Origin: Intoshia linei
Taxonomy: Eukaryota; Animalia; Orthonectida
DNA length: 32,750 nt
NCBI GenBank assembly: GCA_001642005.1
Contig: LWCA01000311.1
Location: 1-32,750, forward strand
Direction of reading: 5' to 3'
The notes under the pieces are model-generated. The model had not been told where the DNA came from. It saw only the letters and a program-made list of their open reading frames with translations, and searched no databases. The translations under genes and the position numbers were made by a program. Below, one piece after another: positions 21,688-32,750 of the stretch. Every line of letters begins with the position of its first letter. Within the stretch, counting starts at the first letter, position 1.

Positions 21688-24600
21688 TTACATTTTTCGA
21701 CTTGATAAATTACGTTTTTCATTTGTCTTTTTGGTTTTCTTTTCGTCTTTTTTGGTTTTAATTATATTTCTATTAAATTAATATAGATCAATTAGATACT
21801 ACAATAAATAAAATATCAATTTGCAGAAATATTTAATAATTTAATTAAACATTACTTATAACAGAGATTCTCAACTTACTTATGGCTATCGTATTTGTGC
21901 CAAATTTTGAATACACATGTACTATTCTATCCTTTTATCATAAATATGGTAATAAACTTTTCCTTGTATCATAAAATAGATGGATATAGCTAACAATTTG
22001 GATGAGTTTAAATATTTATTGCTGAAAATGTTTTCAAGGGGTTTATAGATTAAACACACACAAAATAAAAATAAATTAAATATGAATTATTACATTTAAT
22101 GTTCTAAAAAGGTATTAAGCTCTCAAACATTTCTTGAACCCTTAAAAATAATAACCTCAATTTAAGAAGAAATATATAATAGATTATATACCACTTCCTA
22201 AAAATTGGCCCCATTTCGGAGATATCGCCATTAAGAAACTCTGTTTAAAATTGATTTTTATTTCCGTGTAAATTTAATATAAATTTTTACACTTTTTTTA
22301 AATTGATTTCATTTGATTCGTAAGTATTAGGTAAAATTATACTATGTCTTCTGGTAAATGATCGGGTTCGGGGAGGTGTGAATTTTAATTTTTTGACGGC
22401 TAAATATAAACATAAATAAAAAATAATTACATAGTAGTAAATTCAAAAAAATGTCTGAGTGTACCCTGATAATTTTTTTTAGTTTTCTTAATCTTAACAC
22501 CTACGATGGAATTGTTATCTTTTTCAACAACGGGTTTGATATTGTTCATAGTTTGAGTGGTTGTAGGTGGAATAGGTTCCTTTATGATTTCATTTGATTT
22601 TTTTACTGGTACATTTGTGGGATTGTGCTAAATGTATTATATCAATAAGATGATTCAATTATCATGATCAGGGTGGTCCAAATACATGGCAATTGAGGGT
22701 CAAAAATGGATTTTAGAAATTTAGCTAGCCGCAACATTAAAAAAAATTTTATACAATTATTTCATCTATCAAAGCAGTTAAGAATAATTTCAAAAAAATT
22801 AAATTAATGTTAGTAATGTGGTAATTATGATATTTTTGTAAACCAATATTTTTCAAAGGGTGCGCCTAGACGCATTTGTGCGTCCCAGAAAATTTTATCT
22901 GTCTCCAGCTATAAATTAAAAATAAGCTATACCCATTTAAGAGGGTCAATCAGATTTTTTTCTTAAATTATTAAAATGAAAGAATCTGATTGCAATTCAC
23001 ATAACTTCAATTGCAGGTTTTCGCGGGCCATGCTTTGGACCACCCTGATCATAATGCTTACATTTTTAGATTTTGGAGTACTACATTGATTTTCACGACC
23101 ATCTCTCTATTCATAAAATAAACGTAAAAAATATAAATACCGTGTGCGACCGCAAAATTCGAAAATTTGATGCAATAGAAATTTGTTCAGGACTTTGTAC
23201 AAACTAAAATTGTATTAAAAAGTCTACTTATTTACATAATAATAATATAATGAATTACTTGATTGTCATCTCGTTTGAGTCTCATTGCATTACTTCTTTG
23301 AATACTAACGCGTCTAAAAATAATTGATTTACATTCAATTATGCAAATATATTAATAAATTTACGAATAATTCAAATCATTAAACTTAGTGGAATTCTTC
23401 ACTTAAATCTCAAGAGAATACTTTTTAAATAAAATTTGGGTTATTACAAATAAAGCAGTGGTTCCAGATTGGGTCTCTGTTCCCCTTGAGTTCAAAACTA
23501 TATTCCTGGGAGTCCGTGAGGTTTAAATAAAATATACAAAAAACTTATAAATCTTTTTAATTATAGAATTTTTAATATTTATTAGAGTTGTCAGATGTTG
23601 GGAATTTACCCTAAAGCCTAGAATACTGTACATTATTATTTCAAAAATCTCACTTTTATCCCACCACCAATAAAATTTAATAAAAAATACTACTTTAAAC
23701 CTCAGTGGGAAAATAGAATTTAACCGTTATTTTGTTTAAAAATCCGATTTTCAACCCCTTAAAGAAAAACTTTCCTTTTTCAAATATTTTTTTGAAAAAC
23801 ACGATTTTATCAAATCTTATGAGCAACAACTTCGTAATCCAATCTTTCTTTGAAAACAAAAACAATTTTACCAAATCTTATGAAAACAACCTTCAATATT
23901 TTCATAAATATTTTATATTTCCTTTGGTGTGAAAAATAAATACTTTGAAATGTGGGTCCGTACACTATTTAAATTGGGAAACACTGAATTAAAAAAGTAT
24001 ATGAAATATGTGTTATTGAATTTTGAAAATTCATAACCAGACCCATTCAAAAAGTGACAATAAAAAAACATTCGAAATAAAATAAGCATTTTTTATTTTT
24101 ACAATAATATTTGTTAATATTAGAATTCTGTAATAGAAAATTACTGAATTACAATCTTTAACATCTGCGGGTAGTATAAAAAATACGAGACAAGTTTGAA
24201 AATTTTTTAAATTAGAATCCAGTCAAAACTAAAAATTCCTTATCGTCGACTAAACTAAGTAAAACAAAAAATTTACTTGACAACTTTATTCATTGGAGAA
24301 ACCCTGCATTCTTCCTTAGTTTTAACCAACTTTTTAACATTTTTCTAAATAAAAAAATTGACCAAAATACAATGATTACAAAAAAAGTTATCAAACCTTT
24401 TCATCGAATACCGATTCTAAATTATAAACATTATTAAAATCTACATCGTTTTCAATATCAGCTTGAATTTCTTTCAATTTAGTTTCAATATCATCTTTAA
24501 CAGAATCTACTCGATTTAAAAGAAGTAAATTTTCATTTTGAACATTTTTTTGTAAATTAGAAATATTTAATTTTGCCTTTTCTACATTTTTACTCATTTT

Positions 24601-27600
24601 ATCAATTAAAGATTCATTAACTTCATGGATAGAATTGTCATTGTTTGGTACTGGTATAGGTTCAAAATTTAAAGGGTCGAGTTTTACATCTAATTTCCCT
24701 TCACAACAATAATTTCTTTTTTCAATTTTTTCGATATTAAATTCGATAGGTTTTACTGGTTGGACGGATTCAACATGTTTAACAGATTCGTTGATTTCAA
24801 AAGATATCTTTCGATGAAAAAATTTACTTGTATCATTTTCAGATTCTGATTGTTCGTAAGGTTCATATATACATTTTTCCGGTTTATAAGGGATGTTTAT
24901 AATTTTTTCAAATTTGATATCGTCTGATTTTTTTTCACATAGCAATGTAAAATTACAATTTTCATCACTTATGCCTTCACTTGTTAATTTTTCTTCAAGT
25001 GGACTATTTGAATTTTTTAACTTTTTATTTTCATCGCTTTTGCCTTCACTTGTCGATTTTTTGTCAAGTAGACTATTTGAATTTTTTAACTTTCTATTTT
25101 CATCAAAAGGGCCATTAGATTCATCAATAACGTTTTTTCCTTCAACCTCTAAAAAACTAGGTATATAACTTTCAACTTCTTTCTTTTCGTTTTTAAAATC
25201 ACCCATATGAATAGATTTATTATCTTTACTTTGAATGAGTTTAAAATCCATATTTTTAGTTTCCTTTTCAGTCAAAAAATTAGTCTCAATTGATTCATTT
25301 GAAGCTATAAATGAATTTAGAGACACGTGCTCATGTGTATTTTCATCCTTTTTAAAATTATTTTCAATATTGACCTCATTCACATTTGTAGTAATAGTAT
25401 CCTCTTGGACATTTTTCATATTCTGACAATCTAATTTATAAATAGTATCAGATTTCACGTTTTTTAAAATTGAAGATTTAGGGTCAGTTATTATACTTTG
25501 AAAATAAATTTTGTTGGGTACTTTGGAACACAGTTCTGGGTTTTTCAAGATTTGTCGATAAATTTTCCTAAATTTTGATGTATTTTCATAAAAAGTATGT
25601 TTACTTTGATTATTACACAACAAAAGAGGAACACTAGTAATTTTAACGTTTGAAGATTGATTAAGTCTAGCGTTCACATTATATTTTTCAAAATCAAAAT
25701 TTATTTGGTTAGTTTGATTTGAAGCTGAATTACTTATATGAGAAATGTCAATTTCACTAGGTTCACTAAAAACAAATTCAGCTGCGCATGACTCCTCGTC
25801 GATATCATCCAGATTGATCGACATATTGGGCTTTTTCAATTGTTCTCTCATGGATTCATCAAAACTATCCTGATACTTCAAAACTTGTTTGTCATTTTTA
25901 ATATACCTCCACATAAAATTGTGTTTCCGTTCAAGTAAAGAATGTGTACTTGTAGAAACCTTTGTATTTAGAGTCGTACTTTGCTCAGATACCTTCGTAT
26001 CTGCATCATTTTCTTGAATTTGTTCCAATTCCTTTTCCTTGATTAAATTTTTCCGTTTCATTAAAATCAATTTATTACGATTTTTGCGAAAATTGGAAAC
26101 GACCATTCTATAAGCCTTACGCCTGGACAACTGTGGTTTTTTAATAAAACTTCTGCAAGCAATTTCATTTTCATCTATATCAAATCGTATTTTTTTCGAA
26201 ACAACAATATCATTCCTATCCTTTGGCCTTTTCAAACACCCTGGAGGCAAAATAATTGAAGTAGGTGTAATACTAGAAATTTGATCAACTTGTTCATCCA
26301 ACATTGAGGATAAAATTTCATTAGTATAAGTAATATTACAATTAATAATTTTCGGAACTTTAATTTTGACAGATTCAACGACTGGCGTAGAAACATTTTC
26401 ACAATTACTTAAATTTGGATGAGGCAATTCATTTTCGAGGCAAAAATTCTCTACAATCTGGTTTAAATCATATTTATAATATTTAACATTGGACATGAAA
26501 TTATCGACATTGTCTATGCATTTTTTTTTATTCAAAAAAACAATTAAAATATTAGTTAAAGATTGTAAACTAATATTTTCCAATTTTTCATATTTGAGTT
26601 GCATGCAAAAATAATAAGCATCGTTGAATTTTTTAGCAGATACAAATTTATTTAAGAAATGAACAAAAAGGGGATTATTTTCATACGTAATTTTAACTAT
26701 CCACAAACTAGCCTCTTTAAAGTTTAAATTATCACAATACCAGGAAGCTATAATGACATTACAAGTATCTGTTGAAATATCAAAACATTTCTTAAAATGA
26801 TTCAATTTTTGTAAAGTGTTATTGATTCCATCGATATCGCACAAGTAATATAAAAGTATAGCACATTTTTCTTGAGATTTAACAAACTTTAACAAAAACA
26901 TTTTTAAAATATTATCAATAGAATTTGGCGGATATTTACACGGCTCACTACTCCAAATTTGAGAGAAATTTGAAAATCCAATAGATTCCAGTACTATATT
27001 AATCAATGGATTTATTCCACTAAATTTATTTACAATTCGAGCAGTAGGATTTCGTGGTTTAGTCAAATACACATGTTTGAAAATTCCTTCATTCAACAAC
27101 CAAAGACACACATTGCCGTATTCAATTAAAATTGAAACAGCTTCAATATTTTCCGAAATTTGTGTGGAATGATCTTGGTTTGCTGAATTGATAATGTGTG
27201 TGTAAATTTTTTTTATATCTTTTAATTTGATTAGAGAAATTCTGAGATTTGTGGGATTAACTTCAAAAAAGTTTAAGAGTAATTTTGAAATTAAGCTCTT
27301 TATAATATTCTTCTGATCTATAGCTATACTCCATAACCATTGCAAGAACACTAGACTCAAATTATTTATATTTTTATTTGGATTGGTCTTGACCATGTTG
27401 TAAAATTTAACGAGTTTCATTAAATATTTTTTGTCGAAAAAAGCTTCAAAGCAAATGTCATTGATTTCTGAATTGCTAAATTTTTTTACACCCCACATCG
27501 CCATATTGACATAATTCCAAATTGTTGTAAATGTTTGATAAATATTATCATCATTTGAATCAATCAATTTATCAAAGTATGAACCAAAATTGTGTCTTGT

Positions 27601-29066
27601 GATGACTCTGGAAGACGTAAATTGATAAAAACTGAACGAACTTTTAGTATATATTGGTAATCTACCAATTTTTTTGAAAATTGGACATGTTCGAAATGAA
27701 TCTGAAACGTATTGAAGGCAATTGATATCTAATTTGTTTGACTTTACATCATCCAGTTGATATAGCCCAAAAAATGGTTTTCTTGGGCCACACGTCACTC
27801 GACATTCGTACCATAAATCCAAATCAAACAACAACATAAACACTTGCATGCTATTAACAATTTGAATTCCAAAAAATGTTTCACATAGAGCCCCGTCATT
27901 ATAAAATCGAATTATGTTATTTATCGTCAATTGTATAGATTGTTTTTTAAAATTCAATACATCGTATAAATTCATGTTGAGTATTAAGGTCATTTTTAAT
28001 AGTTTAATATAAGTGTTTTTGTCACCAATCACGACAAAACTTTTTTCACAATCTTCAGTGAAACTTTCTGGTTTTAATTTGTCAGTTTCAGTGTCAGATT
28101 CTGCGTCAAGAGTATCATCGATAGTTTTACCGTCTTTGTGTTTCCAAAATTTTTGAACTTGAAAAGATAATTGATATAAACACATCATTGCTTTATTTGG
28201 TAGTCTATTTGATAGATATACCACCCATAAATATAAGTGATAACGTGGATCGTTATCAGGTTTTTGTATACACAAGTTTGTTATTGGGTGATTATTTGGG
28301 GTATTATAAAATTTATGAGATGCTTCTTTTGGCCAGCATTTAAAACTAATTACATGTAAAACACCGTTGTAATGACCCACGAAAAGTGATTTTGTATATT
28401 TGCAATAATATATACATGTGGGGTAGGTGTAATTTTCACTTACGTCCACATAATCTGCGAATTTGCTTGAAAAAACTAACCCACGTTTTCTGTAATAAAA
28501 ATCGTTCAAAAAAATTCCAATTGTGTATCCTACATACTTTTCTCGAACACTTTTTATCCAGTCTAATTTCACTGTTGATGGGATTAAATGTACTGGCTTT
28601 ATATCACACTGTATTCCAAACATTACGCAATTTTTTGGCACCAATAAATTGACTAAAACTAATTTTCCATCTTTAAAACCAACCACCAGATTAGCGGATG
28701 TATCTCTAATTGTAGAAGGGTTTAAAAAATCAAAAGTATCATAAAAACAATGTATCGTTTCTACTTCGTCGTCAAATTGCACAGCGTGCGCTATTTGCCA
28801 AGCGTTGACAAGATAGAATACAACGTATGAACAGTTTTTTTTATGAGAATATGCAGAAATACATAAATATTTTTTTATTTCTTGAGGGTTGTAAACGTCC
28901 GCTTCTTTCATGTCAGGAGTAGCATCTATGCAGTTTAAAATTCGAATAGAATCATCATTTTGTTTGAGAAAAAAGGATTTTAAGTTTACTCGTGAAACAC
29001 ATACATTTTCCATGTTGTAAACTTCTAAAATCAAAGAATCTGATATTAGCCAGCAAAACGGTAGAT
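21688..29066 (-). CDS. AHCTF1: Nucleoporin ELYS/AHCTF1/MEL-28 homolog. Exons 29066-24397, 24344-24277, 23313-23259, 23203-23141, 22627-22465, 22399-22291, 21769-21688; 5' exon(s) and start unresolved
   Basis: Motifs QKPDNDPRYHLYLWV (ELYS EPENDPRxxxYLW), LLFDLDLWY, KYPPNSIDNIL, AILLYYLCD, then a disordered tail. Six small 3' exons splice in phase and end RNLSSRKM*, similar to the recalled vertebrate ELYS terminus LRRKML. Confidence 0.9.
21862..22243. mobile_element. Degenerate hAT MITE in the last ELYS intron
   Basis: Ends cagagattctcaac ... attaagaaactctg (11/14 inverted match); TSD not conserved. Confidence 0.55.
22669..23047. mobile_element. hAT MITE in an ELYS intron
   Basis: Perfect 14-bp TIR cagggtggtccaaa / tttggaccaccctg; TSD atcatgat/atcataat. 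Confidence 0.9.
23456..23986. mobile_element. hAT MITE in an ELYS intron, with an internal tandem duplication
   Basis: Ends cagtggttccagatt ... aattgggaaacactg; flanks aaataaag/aattaaaa; homologous to 17290-17673. Confidence 0.8.
24961..25104 (-). repeat. 69-nt (23-aa) in-frame tandem duplication inside ELYS
   Basis: DENRKLKNSNSLLDKKSTSEGKS / DENKKLKNSNSPLEEKLTSEGIS / DEN; ttcatc recurs at 24961, 25030 and 25099. Confidence 0.92.
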
Positions 29067-29620
29067 CTAATTTAAAAAAATAAAATTTAAATTTTCGGTC
29101 CCCAAAGTAAGCGATATCTCTCAGAATGGCGATTTTTACAAATGAGTAATGAAATTTACAATTTAAGTATTTTCAATACACATATAATAACAATAACCCA
29201 TGTATAATTTTCAGATATTTCAGTATATTGAATGTGGAGACGAACCACCGTAGTCAGGAAAATCCTCTTCATTATGGCCGACGTAAGTTTTGTTAAACAA
29301 CGCCGAATTTTTCCAGATTAAAGTTTACGCATCGTTAATGAAATTTAAAGTAATATAAATAATTAAAAAAAATTTAAATATACATTATAAATATTGTAGT
29401 TGATAAATTTTTTATTGTTCGTATTTTTATTGTCAAAATTTGTAACCCGCAATTAATGTGTTAAAAATTTCAATAATAATCTGATATAACTTGGTTTATA
29501 ATTAATAATACATTTAAGGCTTTTTTGTATTTTATCAATTTAAACAACTGTTCCCTCGGATAATTAAAAAAAATCCAATAATTTTAAACCAAACTAAGAT
29601 TTTAGTTTGATTGGTATAAT

Positions 29621-30215
29621 ATGTTTGTTAACCGGTGCGCCACCAGTAGAGTTCAGGTGGGCTGCAAATAATTAAGAATTAATGAAAGGGTAAAAACAAA
29701 AAATATGAAATAATGAATAGTCCGAAGATTAAAAAAATTATTATTCTGATAGAGCTTATTCCAGTTGATATAAATACATCATTTCAACACCATAAATCTA
29801 CGCATTCCCAGTAAAAAAAAATTTTTAATATATTATCAACCAATATTTTGCAAAAATTTCGATTAAAATAAAAATGTGCATTCAATGTATAAAAAAATAA
29901 AAAAAAACATTCAAAATAAAGAAATATGGGTGAAAATCTATATAGTTCATTCCTTCGCAATTTTTGAATCTTATTTCAAAACATTTTGTTTAAAATTTAA
30001 ATTAAAACTACAACAACGAATTACTAAAAATAATACAACTTTGTTAATATCATTTTTATATTTATTACAATCCTTTGCAATATTGGTAAAATATTTCAGA
30101 AAATAAAAGTATTTTTGAATTATGATTTTATATTTAGCACATTTTAGAAAGTCAATGTTTTTTTCTAATCAAAATTTAAGGTGCGCTTTGAAGTAGAATA
30201 GGTTAAAAAACACTG
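29621..30215. mobile_element. hAT MITE upstream of ELYS
   Basis: Right end ggttaaaaaacactg followed by gtataatc. On the left, gtataat precedes (a)tgtttgttaacc, a truncated TIR. ggtgcgc occurs near both ends. Confidence 0.7.
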
Positions 30216-30860
30216 GTATAATCCCTTGTAATAATAGTTATAAAATGGAATAAGTAATAGCTTTATATTTTGTAAAATATAAAGTGTACAAAATAAACAA
30301 TATATTCAACCCGAGTAATTATTAAAATTACAATAATTGATTTTGAAAAGTTGCAAATGAATTAAAGTAAAACAGAAAAAAATTACACTTGAAAAATCCA
30401 CAGATATCGTTGCATGTTGATTCACATTCAAAGCCAAAATTGAACAAGCTTTTTTGTTTTAAAGATACACTTGAACATAAATGGTTGCAGTCTACTACAC
30501 TTTCAATTTTTGATTTTATTGAAATCATGTTGATTATACTTTTACTTGATAAATGAATCCATAAATTTTATATTTTTTTTAATTTTTCAAATCTAATTTC
30601 AAAACGCGTTAAATCTAATAAATAAAAATACACTTTATATTCAACTGGTAGCCAACGTTTTCAATAAACTATGGTGTTATTTCTTTTTTGCTTCACGTTG
30701 GATATTTATAATTTAATCTGTTAAATTGAGTACAATGTTGTAAAAAATGGGTGGATCACTATAGGGTGATGTGTGCATGAGGATGTTGCGATAGGTTTGA
30801 TTTATTTTTGCAATTTTTGTTAATGCGTAACAACATTAATTACATTTGATACAGTATGAC

Positions 30861-31095
30861 CAGGGCCGGCTGAAATGCTGAAACTGGTACCAGCAGTAGT
30901 GACAGCTATCTACCAGTCATATAAAAATTTTGAATAAAACATCACATTTTTTGAGCGATATATTGATTTCACATGATAATTATTAATTATAAATAAACTA
31001 GGTTGACTGTTATGTACTACGTACAAACAGGACCTAGCTCTGCCGAGGGCAAATTTTTACTCTACCAAAAAAATCTAATTTAAAAATCCTACTAT
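30861..31095. mobile_element. Partial hAT-like element or repeat
   Basis: Begins cagggccggctgaaat; contains ctaccagtcat (also at ~690-700) and the block shared with 4345-4445. Confidence 0.45.
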
Positions 31096-31792
31096 TCACT
31101 ATTATCAATCTTTTAAAGGAGTGGTTCTCAAATTTGTTGCAGGTGGAACCATCATATCACATTAATTTTTACTTTAAAGTGAATTACTCCATCTTAATTT
31201 TTTGTTTGTTAACAATTGTTACCCAATTTTTTTAATTTATTAGAGTTAGGCAGAATGTGTGTATAAAATTAAAAATAAAGTAAAAACAGTCCAATCCTAA
31301 AAATTGTCATAAATTCCAGAAAAAATAAAATTATAAAACCTATTGTGTCATTTTCAATGTGATAAATCATTGAAACGTCTCATCTTCACCTTTATGGCCT
31401 GTTTGCTTCTGAATGTCACTTTTCTTTTTGCCATTTTATGTTCAATTTGAAACAATTATAAGTAAAAAAATAACACGTTTATAAGTTAGTATCAATATTT
31501 AACTTTTATAAATTCGTTGCTGTAGTGTTATAATTTAAATTTTAAACAAAATGTTTTGAAAATGAGAATTTGAAATTTAAAAATTGCGGGGCCTTATTCA
31601 GTTTAAGCCCGTAAAATGGAACTTATAAAATGGAAAATAACTTATTTATTATATTAATTTGTTATAAATGCATAATCGACTAAAAAATGTATTTAAAAAT
31701 CAATAATACTTTGATAAATTCATAATTATTAGAGTCGACATTTTATTGCACTAAAAATTCGCTTATTACTAACTACTTCGACATATTAATAG

Positions 31793-32520
31793 TCATAATT
31801 TAATATTTGGAGTAGAATAAGAATTAGGTTTGCTAATTCCATTGAGTTTACGATAGTCTACTACAAATCTGTATTTACCATTTGACTTTTTAATTAACAT
31901 AAAAGGAGAACGATGACTCGAACCTGGGCATCTCTCTATTATTCCGTCTTTTAGCATATCTTTTAACATTTGTTCTTCCTCATTTTGAAGGTTGAGAAGT
32001 ACTGGGTATATTGGACATTTGGTGACTATGATCAATTAATTCAATTTTAGGTTGACTATTTTTAATAGTACCAGGTTTTGAGTTGAAAATATTTTTATAA
32101 ACTATAATTAATTTTAAAAATTTTGAATTAACATAGTTTATTTTATCCTTTGTTGAACTATCATCAGTTTCGATAATATTAACCGGAAGACATCATCTTC
32201 AATTTTAAACTATCTATAAGACCTAGTATATTTGATTTACATTTGGCAATAAAAAATTTAATTACTTCATTATTAATTTTAAATTCTACTATACTCAAAT
32301 GATTTATTACTGTTTCATTTGCCGCTAATAATTTAATTGATGACGGAACTAGTTTTGGAATTGAGGAAAATTTTTGTAAGGTTTTACTATTCATTAAATT
32401 AACCGATGAGCCAGTATCAATTGATATGTCGGTGCTGACCTTTTCAGTATTGTACGTTAAAGTAATAGGTTCACCTAATTCGTAACTCAAATCGATTTTC
32501 TCTCCATTTATTCTCCAAAT
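31793..32520 (-). pseudogene. Decayed Ty3/Gypsy LTR-retrotransposon pol fragment (aspartic protease plus the start of reverse transcriptase)
   Basis: Protease ISIDTGSSVNLM...NILG; a frameshifted linker YKNIFNSKPGTIK..PKIELID; RT MLKDGIIE...SPFMLIKKSNGKYRFVVDYRKLN...YSTPNI. It stops before YxDD and no LTR was seen. Confidence 0.92.
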
Positions 32521-32750
32521 TAATAAAGTTGAATTATTATTGCATTCGAATTCTTCATATTAAATAATCTTGTAATAAATATGATAATTATTTATTTAAT
32601 TAAGCTAAAATACAATTAATAATTACATTATTTAAAGATTCTTGAGTTATTGAGTGATAATTAGTATTAGGTCATTTTTTTAACAAAATTAAAATATTTA
32701 TTTGATTACATTAAAAATAAAGTTATATTATAAAATATTCACCATTGCTT

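Noticed and set aside
24893-28744. Plus-strand ORFs inside ELYS
   Set aside because: Antisense shadows of the long ELYS exon.
1419-29066. Functional cluster for nuclear envelope/chromatin (ESCRT-III, DAXX-like, ELYS)
   Set aside because: Mixed strands, unrelated genes in between and no shared regulatory signal seen; adjacency in a compact genome is sufficient.

Overview
Very AT-rich eukaryotic (metazoan-type) genomic DNA with many short GT-AG introns (35-110 nt), so the ORF track shows only gene fragments. Manual splicing gives five intron-containing genes: a divergent ESCRT-III subunit (CHMP3/Vps24-like, minus), a DRAM/TMEM150-family membrane protein (plus), the cilia protein CFAP418/C8orf37 (minus), a ~1,670-aa Lys/Ser/Glu-rich protein that appears DAXX-like by eye (helical-bundle motif plus C-terminal SUMO-interacting motif; plus), and the nucleoporin ELYS/AHCTF1 (minus; one 4.7-kb exon plus six small 3' exons missed by the ORF track). 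Introns and intergenic DNA hold at least a dozen hAT-type MITEs (CAG...CTG termini, 8-bp target-site duplications), one with a transposase C-terminal remnant. There is also a long inverted-repeat hairpin and a decayed Ty3/Gypsy pol fragment. No prokaryotic-type system, CRISPR array, rRNA or tRNA was seen. All family calls are by-eye motif recognition against remembered reference sequences; no searches were run.
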